The notes under the pieces were generated by a model that saw only the letters and a program-made list of their open reading frames with translations, ran no database searches and had not been told where the DNA came from. From Hamiltosporidium tvaerminnensis FI-OER-3-3 (lineage: Eukaryota; Fungi; Microsporidia), in the NCBI GenBank assembly GCA_022605425.2, contig CM061248.1, positions 620,001-684,000 on the forward strand: 64,000 nucleotides of DNA. Reading direction: 5' to 3'. This document shows, piece by piece, positions 48,461-60,359 of this stretch (positions are counted from its first letter, which is position 1; each line of letters begins with the position of its first letter). A program made the position numbers and the translations under genes.

Positions 48461-50983
48461 ATGTTTTCAAAAGTTCTATTCACATTTTTGGCAATTTTAT
48501 GTAGTAAAACATTAAAATTTACTGCCAAAAACAAAAAAAGAAAGCAATGTTTCGATTCCTTCGCATTTATATATTTGATTCAATTATTATTGAGTGTGAC
48601 AAAATGTGCGTCTTTACAAGCGCAAGATATAATAACCTTTGGACTTATTGATAGATGCTGGTCATGCAATTTATACAAAAATGATGATTATAAATCGGTA
48701 AAATATTGGTTGGCGTGTGGAGTAGATGGGACTTTTCGCTTATGTCCTGGTAACCATGATTTTATTTTCATTCAAATATCAGATGGCACTTCATTAGTAC
48801 GCTTTTTTTCTTGCCCAAAGAATATAAATCTTTATAATCATAAGCCTCTTCACACATTTCGAATCATATATTTGAATCGATGGAATGTTAAATTTCGTGT
48901 CCTAAATAATCTATTTTCAAAAGAATCAGTTACTATACCTTTTATATTTGATGATTATCTCAAGGTATATTATCAAGATTTTCACGTTATTGACCACTAT
49001 CTGTACCCACAGTTTAACTTAAGTTTTCATAATTTGCCTTATAAGTTATTTTATAAAATTTTAGGTATAATGACTGCATTAGATCCTATCAGTAATAGAC
49101 ATTTGAACCAAGTGTATTCAAATCTTTTAAAAAACGGTTTGATGGGTTTTGAAGGAAATAAAATCCTAGAAGATCCAAATAATTACAAAAAGAAGTATTT
49201 GAAATCTAAAAAACATGCTTTCATGTATTTCTTTTCCGTTCTTAATGATTCTATAGATGCGTGTTTAATAAGGAAACACTCGATGGTCTATATATTTAAA
49301 AGAACAGCTCATTTTATAGATCAATGTTTCAAAGATGTTGATAATTTTTCATTTCTTACAATGAAATTAACCATGCATTCACTTAAAATAATTTGCAATA
49401 CATTTTCAGATTTTGAATGGTCTATTTTCAACTGGCTTTTGTCCATAACCAATATTTCGGGCTTCTATTTTGATGAATTGGAAACTGTTTATTATGGAAT
49501 CGAAACACTTAGTTTATACAATCCAAATACAAAGGATTATGTAAAAAAGTTCGAAGGTGAACATAACACGGTTGATTTTTTGTTTTTTCAATCATTGAGT
49601 TCGTCTAATTTTGAACGAATTATTTATCTAAGATTTGATAACACATGTTTTTCTCTTGATGCGATAGCTTCTTTTTTTAGAAATAAAAAATTATCTCATT
49701 TTGAGCTATCATATTGTACTTGTGATGAGACCATACAAATATCAGAAATACTCATCAAAAATTCACAGCTTAATACATTGAAATTACGAGGAATGGTTCT
49801 TTGTGCCAAAGACATTGATTTAATTCTACGTTCAAAGATAAAATATTTGCATTTGCTTGAATGCACTGTAGAGACATGTGCCAGTGAAATCAAAGAATAT
49901 ACATTTAAACCAGGATATAGAATTTTAAAAACACTTACATCTTTAGATATCTCGTTTAGTAAATTACCTGTAAGTTTTGTGGGTATTTTACTAAATGCTG
50001 ATTTCATTGGAAACATAAATATCAGTTCATTTGAGTTTCTAGAAGATGAACACTCGCCAATTTCTGTATTTTCTTTACGAAGAAAATTAAATTTTCTTAA
50101 AATAGTAAATTCTTTACAAAATGAATACCTTTTAAAATTTTTCATGGAAATTGAATCTGTTCACACATTAGTTTTGTCAAAAATATCCAATATAGAAAAT
50201 TTAGGATTGCTTTTCTTACTACCGGGCTTTTATGATTTCGTACTAGCTCTCGATTTAAGCTATAATAAATTTTCTGCTCAATCATTTAACTTGTTGAGTA
50301 AATTTAATCGAGTTTCATCTTTGAATTTAGAAAACAGCCTTCCTTTAAATATTGATGAGATAAATGATTTGCCTTTATTTGACACCGTAGAAGATTTAAA
50401 TCTAGCAAAAAATGAATTCAGAGCATTTAATAACAATTTTATTTCAAGATTTCAACGCATTACTAAACTTAATCTTTCAAATTCCAAGTTTCGACCGGGC
50501 GCCTTGATTAATATTCTCAACGATAGAATACTTAATTGCTTGTTATATTTGGATTTGTCTGGCATAGGATTGGAAAACGATGATTTTGAAAGAGTTTGTG
50601 AATTCAAAACACTTAAATTCTTGGCAATCGATTTGAAAATAGATTTTACTCAAAACACGTATCTGGAATTCCTAATGTTTTCTCCCTTCAAATTGCACCT
50701 CAATATTTTGATGCTAGAAGTAAAAAAAATAAGAATTCTGGATTTTCTCAATTTGGCAGTTGAGTTTCCGAATCTAAAAAATTTTCGACTTTTATGTGAA
50801 GAACTTCTTATGACACCTGAGGATTGTCAAAATAGCTATTTTACTACATATAATACAACGGGGTTTTGTTGTATCGAATTACTACACACCTTTCCAATTC
50901 CAGAATATGCAATCGCTTTTCTACAAACCATACCAGCTATTTATTCCATTTCGTTTTTTTATCATCCACAAGTTTCAATGTGA
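48461..50983 (+). CDS. Secreted-type leucine-rich repeat protein (lineage-expanded family)
   Basis: Hydrophobic N-terminus. LRR units LTSLDIS, LALDLSYNKF, SLNLENS, DLNLAKNEF, KLNLSNSKF, LYLDLSGI. Confidence 0.85.
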   Translation: MFSKVLFTFLAILCSKTLKFTAKNKKRKQCFDSFAFIYLIQLLLSVTKCASLQAQDIITFGLIDRCWSCNLYKNDDYKSVKYWLACGVDGTFRLCPGNHDFIFIQISDGTSLVRFFSCPKNINLYNHKPLHTFRIIYLNRWNVKFRVLNNLFSKESVTIPFIFDDYLKVYYQDFHVIDHYLYPQFNLSFHNLPYKLFYKILGIMTALDPISNRHLNQVYSNLLKNGLMGFEGNKILEDPNNYKKKYLKSKKHAFMYFFSVLNDSIDACLIRKHSMVYIFKRTAHFIDQCFKDVDNFSFLTMKLTMHSLKIICNTFSDFEWSIFNWLLSITNISGFYFDELETVYYGIETLSLYNPNTKDYVKKFEGEHNTVDFLFFQSLSSSNFERIIYLRFDNTCFSLDAIASFFRNKKLSHFELSYCTCDETIQISEILIKNSQLNTLKLRGMVLCAKDIDLILRSKIKYLHLLECTVETCASEIKEYTFKPGYRILKTLTSLDISFSKLPVSFVGILLNADFIGNINISSFEFLEDEHSPISVFSLRRKLNFLKIVNSLQNEYLLKFFMEIESVHTLVLSKISNIENLGLLFLLPGFYDFVLALDLSYNKFSAQSFNLLSKFNRVSSLNLENSLPLNIDEINDLPLFDTVEDLNLAKNEFRAFNNNFISRFQRITKLNLSNSKFRPGALINILNDRILNCLLYLDLSGIGLENDDFERVCEFKTLKFLAIDLKIDFTQNTYLEFLMFSPFKLHLNILMLEVKKIRILDFLNLAVEFPNLKNFRLLCEELLMTPEDCQNSYFTTYNTTGFCCIELLHTFPIPEYAIAFLQTIPAIYSISFFYHPQVSM

Positions 50984-51567
50984 CAATTTATTAAAGTTTT
51001 ATTGTGCCTTTACACTTTTATGTTTAAAGTTTTTCCTGTTTTCATTTCTCAAATATTATATAAAAGAGTATCAATTTTTCTATTTTTTACAACAATTTTG
51101 CTTTCATTCAAAATAAATGAGTAAAGTATAATTTAGTCTAAGATTTTATTAAATATCAAATGTAACATAAAAAATATTGTTGTTTTTAAAATATCATAAT
51201 GATTTTCTGTTAATTTCAAACTTTTTATACATGTCTCTGCATCTAGAAAAATATTATAAAAAAATTTCTATATATTTGAATAATTTCTTACGCCAAGATT
51301 TCTTATACCTGCTGAAGTTCATCTAAATAAAAAAAAAATGTCTTTAATAATTTACCATTTTTGTTTTATTTGAATAAAATAATTTTCTAATATTTGAAAA
51401 AATTGATGAATTAGCTAATATTTTCTAAATTTTCTGTTCATATATATTCTTTATTTAAATTCCTAACATATTTAGTATGTCGCTAAATAAAAATTATCAC
51501 TTCTTTTATATTTTTTGATTAAAAAAAGATTTTTTTGCTTTTTAAAATGCCAATTTTTTTTATAAAC

Positions 51568-52288
51568 CAAGAGTCTCCAAACTTTTTGGCTACTGGCCAC
51601 ATTTATTCCTGAAAAAAGTACTGCGAGTCAAGAACTTATTACTTTTTATGCCACCACTGAAAATATTTCTGCCATTTCAATTATTAATATTTTTAAATCA
51701 AATTTTTAAGTTTCATGTAGATGTTCATATAAAATATGCATGTAAATTACTGCTATTTCTATATAAAAATAGACAAATAAAATAACAAAATTTTATAAGA
51801 GTCTTCCAGTCCCATAATTCAATCAAGTTCATGAATTTGCTTGAGGTTTTATTTCCGCTTTCGCCTCTAACCATTTGTGCGAAGAATTATTCTCTAAAAT
51901 GAAACATACAAAAAATATTTACAGATCTAAATTAACAGATAAGCACTTGAAGTCGTTACTAGTAATTTCTACTAGTAAATTTAGCCCACAATTTCAACAA
52001 ATTATCAGAAAAATCTCAACTACATCAATCTCATTAATAATAAATTATCCCATATATTTTTTGTTGATTCATTTTGATTTTTAGTATAAAATAATAAAAA
52101 AATAATGAGAACTATGAATCTTCTTTGTATTACAAATCCATATCTCAAATAACTATAATTGCAATTCTTTTTGTATGATTTATCTAAATTTTTATTTTAG
52201 TTCCTTATTTAAAAAAAATCTACTTAACAAAAAAAATCGTGGCGGACCCATAAAAAGTGTCCGCGAACCGTAGTTTGGAGACCTCCTG
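51568..52288 (+). mobile_element. Internally deleted hAT (Charlie/SPIN/Buster-like) DNA transposon
   Basis: Imperfect TIRs CAAGAGTCTCCAAACT and AGTTTGGAGACCTCCTG. Residual dimerisation domain (F)ASNHLCEELFSKMKHTKNIYRSKLTDKHLKSLLVISTS. Confidence 0.8.
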
Positions 52289-52479
52289 TTCCGTACCATC
52301 TCAATTACATGGTTGCAATCAAATATCTTGAAAAATATTAAATATTCACATCCATCAGATTATTTTTTATAAGTGAATTATAAAATAGTTTTAATAAAAA
52401 CTGATGTGCGAATTTTATCCTAAATATTTGAAATCAACAATTTAATTACACAATTAAATAAATTTATCGATTGTACTTA

Positions 52480-53090
52480 TACTATTCGGCTAAATAGGCC
52501 AGATATATTTATTTTAGACAAGAGACGATAAGATAGCCCTCATTGAACAGGGAAAAACTTTCCAAGGTTTATTTAGAATAGTTGAAACAAATAATTTAGA
52601 AAGTATGATTTATTAGCCAATGAGTTGGGTCTTATTTATAAATGTAGTCTTGAGATAATTCCTTATGTGATTATCTGAGACGGTATTGTAACAAAGTACC
52701 TCAGGGCGTATGTTTAAATCTATAGATACACATGAATATGGAAGCATACATTCAGTCGATTGTAATCAAGAAGACATCGAAAAAAATTTCTTTTGATCGA
52801 CAAAGAGAATGTGAGTCGAAATCAAAAGCCGAAGAGAGTTGAGAAAGGGCGTAATTATGTCTTATTGAAAGATCTTAAATACATAATCAACCAATACCTC
52901 CTTTAAAGCAAGTGAATGATCAAGAAGATGATGTTAAACATGTGAATACAAAAAATATTTTACTTCTTATTTTAGATACGTAAACACAATGTAAGAACCT
53001 TCAGTAAACATATAGAAAAGTCTGAGTTAAGAGAGGATAATGATGTGTTTAAAATGCTTGAAAAAATCATATAAAGAGATAATTTTTTAA
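52480..53090 (+). mobile_element. Decayed 3' terminus of the RLE non-LTR retrotransposon
   Basis: AGCCAATGAGTTGGGTCTTATTTATA, GAGATAATTCCTTATGTGAT and GACGGTATTGTAACAAAGTA match the reverse complement of ~31500-32100. Confidence 0.85.
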
Positions 53091-53574
53091 CTCATAATTT
53101 TATTAAACAAAAAGTTTATATGTTATATATTGTTTATAAAAAAATATAAAATAGCTTTTTGTACTTATAATTGTAATTCTTAAAATAAAATTCGATTTGT
53201 TCACTATGATGAATAATTTAGTTTGATATTTTATTTATAATCTTTATTATTTCCCAAAGATATTTCATTAGTTTAATTTAATTAAAAATATTTAAAATAA
53301 ATAGTACGTATTTTCTTTATATTAAAACATTCCAGTAAATGCTAATAATACATTAAAATTGTTTGTTCAAAAGATAAATAAAAAAAATTAAATCAAATTA
53401 AATTAATAGTTTATTTATAACTACAAATTATGAAACCAGACAAATTTCCATTAAAAATTAATTCCTAATCAAATATTCAAACCATACCAAATAACCACTA
53501 ATGTTTTAATTATTATTTAATTTATACATAAAAATGAAAGTATGTATATCTTTCTGTGTGTTTAAAGACAGTTA

Positions 53575-53850
53575 ATAAAGGGTGTTATTTCTTAAAAAAA
53601 AGGGGTAAATGATTTTTTTATAAAAGGGTATTGTTTTAATTATAAAGGTTGATTACTAAAGGGCTTATCATTTGATTTTTATTAAAGGGTGTTAATATGA
53701 GTGGGTGGATTTAAAATTGTTAATATATAAATTTGTATGTTAAAAGGGTGGTAATGTTGAATAATGGTTTAATGGGTGTTAGTAGATATATATTACGTCA
53801 ACGGGCTGTTAACATAGATTGTTGTATTTAAAAGGGATTAGTGATAAGGG
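53575..53850 (-). repeat. Dispersed GGGTGTTA/AAAGGG G-rich tract (reverse of the TAACACCC family)
   Basis: AAAGGGTGTTA, AAAGGGTGGTA and ATGGGTGTTAG variants recur. Confidence 0.6.
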
Positions 53851-53861
53851 GAAATAGGATA

Positions 53862-54055
53862 AAGCATTATTTGCAAGTTCAATGGAATAAAGAGTGCTAA
53901 TAATATACATGTATTATTAAAGAGTTAATTTACTGATTTCTCTCATTTCAACGATTCTAATGCATTAGTCATTTGAAAGTTCAATGGAGTAAAGAATGTT
54001 AAAAATATACATGTATTATTAAAGAGTTGATTTACTGATTTCACTCATTTACTGT
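53862..54055. repeat. Imperfect direct duplication of ~105 bp
   Basis: AAGTTCAATGGA...AATATACATGTATTATTAAAGAGTT(A/G)ATTTACTGATTTC occurs twice. Confidence 0.8.
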
Positions 54056-54551
54056 TCCAACGGATATGCTATTAAAAAAATTTCTTTACGGCTCACCTTG
54101 GAAAGACAATAAAACGCCCAGAGTAAACGCTTCAGTGTGTAGAATAGATTTTGTTAGAATGTGTTTTTCACATAACAACTCTATGTATATACACCATCCG
54201 TGGAAATCTCTTCAGTTTTTTTGTATAGACACTAAAACAAAAACAAAGAATATTAATTTTAAAAGAATTTGAAAATAAATAAATACTGTTCAAATTAATA
54301 AACCAATGTATTTTTTATTTTTATTATTTCTTGAATCTACGTTCTTTTATCATCGCAGCAAAGCTCGGCGGTAAGCTAGTTCACTGTAAATTTTCTTTTT
54401 ATTTTGGTTCCACAGTTTTTACTATATACCGCTATAGATTTCCTTGCATCTATTTTTATTCAAACGGTCTAAATTAGCAAAACAAATTTCAACTTTTACT
54501 TTCGATGGATTAAGATGAAAAGATTGAAACCAATCATTATAATCAAACATT

Positions 54552-56726
54552 TCATCGATAGTTCCTAAGAAACAAGGATCTCAGATATTTCAGATTCGAT
54601 ATAAATGTAAGATCGCGTTTACTTAATTTAACGTCGAATATATATATATCTTGGATCATATATTCTTTTTGCATGTCGAATAACTCACAAAAAGAAATTC
54701 CAAATAATTTAATATTTGTAAAAGATAAACTCTGTATTCGTGTGTAATTTCTCATTGAATTTTTATCTTTTAAACCAATATTACAATTATAAATAAGAAT
54801 TTTTTTAAGATTTTCTACTTTTTGATTTGAAAACAATGTATAAAGAAAACCTTGTTCAAAAGGACAATTAATTTCCAAACCAATTATTTTCCCTAAGTAT
54901 AAACTATTAGAATAACCTTTGTCACATTTATTTTCATCTTCAAATTCAAATTTTTCTAAATTTTTTAACTTCATCATATTATATTTAAACACATATTTGA
55001 AAAGAGATATGTTACTGTTGGGAGTAAGTTTAAGACTTTTTAAATTCGGCATAGAATTTATGAATTCAAATATATCATCGTTTTTTTCGGATTCACACCT
55101 TACAATAAATAACTCTTGCATTAATAAATGTTCAGAATATTTGAATTTATAATTGTCAAAGATAAATGTTGAATCCGTAATTTGAATACCTTGTAAATTT
55201 GGTAATAATAAGATGTCAAATAGAAATTCATTTGTTAATTTTGAATTATAGATGTATAAATTTCTAATACTTTCCTTTACCAAAGTATTTTGAAATTTCA
55301 ATGTCATCAGGAGTGCTTCTTTGAGAATTAAATATGCTCTCGAAAAATTTTCATGATTCAAAATTGTGGTTTTTAATGTCACAAATGACTTATTAATAAC
55401 TATTGGATCAAAAGAAATTATTTTGTATTTTTCACTATCAAATATATCATGGAAATAAAAACCTTTAATTTTTGGAACACAAGATTGTACATTAATTTTT
55501 TTAGGTTCACAATATCTATTGTTAGTCAGTGTCATAAATTTGCGAATTTTTTCTTCGTTGTATAGTTCATCATAAATACCACATACAATATATTTCATGA
55601 AGTTATATATTTTATGGCTGAATACGGTGTTTGTGGTAGAACAATCAAGCAAATAAATACTTTTCAACTCTGTAAAGTTTTCAAAAACACTTTCATTAAG
55701 TGAAGAAAACAAACAATTGATAAATATCAAGCTTTTTATGTTTTTAAAAATGCAATTTTCAATAATAGATTGAAGAAATTTGATATCTCTCCAATGATAA
55801 AAGCAAATCACTTCACTTGATAAAAACATTTTGAACATAGAGAAGCTAAAAGAAACTTCTTTAGAATTTTCTAAATTTAAAAGTACTTTTCTAGATCCAA
55901 GTACTTTACAAATCAATTTAAAAGTATTTCTAAAGAAGTGATTATATTTCATATGTTTGTAAATTTGCTTAAGAAATATTAATCTAATATTAACAAAGCT
56001 TTTAGTCGAAATTGTTTCAGAAAGATACTCTGTTATCTCTTCATCATCATTATGTTCAAATACATTTAATAGAAATGGTTTTCCATCAAAGAAATTTATA
56101 TTGCAAATTTCACACAAAATACTTTCAAATAAAGATGAGGATGTGTTGAGTTTTTTGATGATATCGAGTCTTTCGTACATATTTTTAGAATTATAAATCG
56201 TAGAAAGTAGAAGAATTCGAATAAAACTATAAAAATTTTTATCTTTTTTAAATTTAAAAATATCGAATGTATGTATCAAACGTAAACAATCGACTATTCT
56301 AAAATTTTCTTTAATATCATTTATTTCTCTAATTATTCTTAAAAAATATCTAAAATCATCATAATTCAATACGTTTTTACTTATATAAATTGTATATTCA
56401 CTCTTTTCTTCTTCTTTAATATCGAAATTCAATGAAAACTTGTCTACATCAGTAATTATATGTTTGATGCAATTACTACACTCTTTGTGTTCCAAACAAT
56501 TGTATCTTTGTTTTATAAATTTAGAAAATGGCATTTCATGTTCTTTATCACACTTCAAATTAGATTCTTCTTCGTTGTAAAAATGGAAAATAAAATTGTT
56601 TTCTGCTTTCAAATTCTCGATTAGAAAAAACAAAACGCACATGTATATAAAGTTTACATTAAAAGTAAACTTAATAAGTGTATTTTTATCTGAAACTTTC
56701 ATCATAGGGAAGAATATTTTTTGCAT
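54552..56726 (-). CDS. Degenerate-LRR secreted-type protein; C-terminus possibly extends to 54422 via a +1 frameshift
   Basis: 724-aa ORF with a signal-like segment (YMCVLFFLIENLKA) and LRR-like units LKSIYLLDC, LPNLQGIQI, MPNLKSLKL, LKYLRSLFL. Confidence 0.8.
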   Translation of the reverse strand: MQKIFFPMMKVSDKNTLIKFTFNVNFIYMCVLFFLIENLKAENNFIFHFYNEEESNLKCDKEHEMPFSKFIKQRYNCLEHKECSNCIKHIITDVDKFSLNFDIKEEEKSEYTIYISKNVLNYDDFRYFLRIIREINDIKENFRIVDCLRLIHTFDIFKFKKDKNFYSFIRILLLSTIYNSKNMYERLDIIKKLNTSSSLFESILCEICNINFFDGKPFLLNVFEHNDDEEITEYLSETISTKSFVNIRLIFLKQIYKHMKYNHFFRNTFKLICKVLGSRKVLLNLENSKEVSFSFSMFKMFLSSEVICFYHWRDIKFLQSIIENCIFKNIKSLIFINCLFSSLNESVFENFTELKSIYLLDCSTTNTVFSHKIYNFMKYIVCGIYDELYNEEKIRKFMTLTNNRYCEPKKINVQSCVPKIKGFYFHDIFDSEKYKIISFDPIVINKSFVTLKTTILNHENFSRAYLILKEALLMTLKFQNTLVKESIRNLYIYNSKLTNEFLFDILLLPNLQGIQITDSTFIFDNYKFKYSEHLLMQELFIVRCESEKNDDIFEFINSMPNLKSLKLTPNSNISLFKYVFKYNMMKLKNLEKFEFEDENKCDKGYSNSLYLGKIIGLEINCPFEQGFLYTLFSNQKVENLKKILIYNCNIGLKDKNSMRNYTRIQSLSFTNIKLFGISFCELFDMQKEYMIQDIYIFDVKLSKRDLTFISNLKYLRSLFLRNYR

Positions 56727-56949
56727 ATAAATAGTTTTTTTATTTTCTTATCTCTTAATTAAATCTTGATTAAATGTATTTTCTGTTTTATCATGATTAA
56801 AACTATTGTATGCTAAAATATCAAGTATATGAAGTAAATTAAAATATTTTGTAATTTTAATTTATACGATTGGTATTTAACATCAAACGAAATCATAAAA
56901 TAGGTTAATTTTTAAAACATCAGATATTTTTACAACAGTGGCAAGTGTT

Positions 56950-57400
56950 ATATTAACTTCATAATATTAATCCAGTTCTAGGTTTAATATAAATGACTGT
57001 TCTTCAACGCATATCGGCACCCTAGGATATAAAAAATCCCAAAGCCTTTCGCATAAGAAGTTTATAGAGCTAAAAGCAATGAACGAGGCTGTTGCCCGAT
57101 GTTCAGTTAATGTATATTGCATGGCGTAAGAACATTGTATCAGGAAACACATACTGGGCTGCCTCAAGGACAAGCAAAATATCAACTGGTCTGCCTTTCC
57201 AAACCATATATATTTCTGGCCAAGATATATCTCGAAGACTTTCGTGTGTCACTTGAACAGTGCAACTTCATAGCACAAAGCATAACCCTGATTAACATTT
57301 CTAGCTTTGATGGATTTGGTTTTTGTATTCTGGTGCTGATTCTTCTAATCCAAGTGAGCAAGGCTGAATCCTATATGCCTTTGCGTCGTAATTACTATCG
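56950..57400 (-). mobile_element. Possible decayed Mutator/MULE transposase fragment
   Basis: GC-richer patch; minus-strand LEAAQYVFPD resembles the MULE xxAxxxVFP motif, but the CxxH motif is not intact. Confidence 0.3.
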
Positions 57401-59459
57401 TAATCTTTCGTTTTTTTTCATTTTACGAGAAATTTTTTTGAAAAAATGATGAAGAAAATCCTTAAAACTTCTTTATATAGAAAGATGCACGTTGTAAATT
57501 TGTATTTTTCTGCTTATCTTTTCTATATATTCTTCTTTTCACCTCTTTTAATTTATATTATCTTACTTGATTTATACAAAGATTTTTTAAAGGTAAAGAA
57601 TGAAAAAATATAAAACCTAAATATAGGAGGATAGTTTACATCTATGGTTATCATTTGAGCAAATATATCGTTTATTTTTTAATTAAAAATATAAAACCTA
57701 ATTATAGAAGGATATTTTGCATCCATAGTTTTCATTTGAGCAAATATGTTGTTTATTTTTTAGTGTATTTATATATATTATCATTTCTCTTTAATTTCAA
57801 TTTAAAACCATTTATGCTAAGTAAAGTAATTATGAAAAAAAAAATATTAAAAGCAAATGAGTGGCTTTTTAAAAGTATGAAATATCCAAACGACTTGTAA
57901 AAATATCAAATTGTTTTTTAACGAAAAAATGATCTATGAAACGTTTTAGGAAGAAAACATTTTTACTATTATAAATGGTTCCAATGACAATATCGTAACA
58001 ATACAGATTGGTAGTGGTGATTTTAAAACGATTTTTAAAGAAAAAAAATAAAAAATTTAATTATTCTTTGACTTATATTTATTTAATAGCTCGCACCTTC
58101 TCTACGCATGGAACACAATCCAGTGATGAATCATAGATTCGCATAGTTCTAGGCTTTCTAAAGACAATTTTCTTTTGATTGGTTAGGTTGTCAGCCTCAC
58201 ATTCTTTGACTTTATTTCATTTACGCATTCAAATTTTATACCTTCACAATAAAATCCTTCTAAAACACCTAGAAGACATTCTGATTGAAAATAATTGCAA
58301 AATTTTTTTAGTCAATCTCAATTTGGATGATTTTCCTTCGTTGGAAAGAAATATAAATTTTAAAAAAAATATTTCCTCATAAGTAAACCTGAGCGATAAA
58401 ATTATGACAAATACTAATAACTTCAGCCAAGTATTTCAATCTAGTTACATAGGAAATTACAAAATTGATTTGTAGAAAAAATTTTGCTATTTTGTAGACC
58501 TTCTCCTTTATATGAGATTTGTAAAGAAAAGAAAAGTTTAGTATGATCTTGCCTAATCAAAAATTCAAACTGTGATTTCTCACATTAATTTGTATTTTTA
58601 ATTACGACGAGATAGTTCTATTTTGGTTGCACTTTTCCAATTTTATTTTAAGTGATTTAATAAATTTATGTGGTAAAAGCATTTTGCCACTCCTATGCAT
58701 TTGCTTCTACCTTTTGTTCTATAATATTTTCTTCTTCTAAATCCAACTCTTCATTTATGTTTATCATGGGTTCTTTAATGTGGTTCTTTTTTTCTGAAAT
58801 CATAAAATATTATTTTCATTTTCTTAAATGTTAAACACCATCTTCATCGTTAGTGGCTTGTGCTGTATAAATCAGATATTTTTTAATATATCAAACACTA
58901 TAAATATTATTGTTAAAATAATAAATTTAAGATTTACATGTGAAAGAGAAAATGTATAAATAAAAATAAAAATCAATTATTTGAGTAGAAAGTTGAATTG
59001 ATTGAGTAAAAATGGTGAAAATTATAAAAAAAAGAACAAATAAGTAATTGAAATACATATTTATAAATTTCTTACGATTTCCATCCATTTTTAATTATAT
59101 AAAATTATTAATAAATCAGAAAAAATAAATTATTTAAAACAAATCATTTAGGACAATTTAAATTACTAAAATACTAGGCACAGTATCTTCGAAAAAATCC
59201 AAATAAAAATTGTAAATTAAACCGTTTGACTGACTATAAAAAAAAACATCAAACAAATAAAAAGAAACTATAAACTGAAAACAGAATGAATAGTTATATT
59301 ATATTAAAATAAGAAAAGTAATAATACAAATAAAAATAGTAAATTAAAATCGTTCGAATGACCATAAAAAAATTAAAAAAATTAAAAAAAAATTATAAAC
59401 TGAAATTAAAAACTGAAAATAGAATTAATAATTTAATTTTATAAAATAAGAAAAGCAAT

Positions 59460-60225
59460 GATACAAATCAAAAAAAAAGAATATTAATGAATAAAAATAA
59501 AAGTAATAATTTAATTAAATATGAGAAAAAATTAAATAAATATTAAAAATCAAAAAAAAGTAATATTAATGAATAAAAATAAAAGTAATAATTTAATTAA
59601 ATATGAGAAAAAATTAAATAAATATTAAAATCAAAAAAAAGGAATATTAATGACTAAAAATAGAAGTAATAATTATATATGAGAAAAAATTAAATAAATA
59701 TTAAAAATCAAAAAAAAAGAATATTAATGAATAAAAATAAAAGTAATAATTTAATTAAATATGAGAAAAAATTAAATAAATATTAAAATCAAAAAAAAGG
59801 AATATTAATGACTAAAAATAGAAGTAATAATTATATATGAGAAAAAATTAAATAAATATTAAAAATCAAAAAAAAAGAATATTAATGAATAAAAATAAAA
59901 GTAATAATTTAATTAAATATGAGAAAAAATTAAATAAATATTAAAATCAAAAAAAAGGAATATTAATGACTAAAAATAAAAGTAATAATTTAAATATGAG
60001 AAAAAATTAAATAAATATTAAAAATCAAAAAAAAGGATTATAATGAATAAAAATAAAAGTAATAATTTAAATATTACAAAAAAAATTAAATAAATATTAA
60101 AAATCAAAAAAAAGGATTATAATGAAAAAAATAGGAATAATTTAATTAAATATGAGAAAAAATTAAATAAATATTAAAATCAAAAAAAAGGAATATTAAT
60201 GACTAAAAATAAGAATAATGAATTA
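59460..60225. repeat. A-rich tandem repeat, ~75-80-bp unit x~9, downstream of the nucleolin-like gene
   Basis: ATATGAGAAAAAATTAAATAAATATTAAAAATCAAAAAAAAG repeated. Confidence 0.92.
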
Positions 60226-60359
60226 AACAAATTTTAAACCCTATAAACAGAAATTAGAAAATTTCTAAAACTAAATAATATAACATGAAATACCATATTG
60301 GAAACGCTTTCTAAATAGAAAAAATATAAATGTAAAAAAAATTGGTTTCTCTGATTTAA

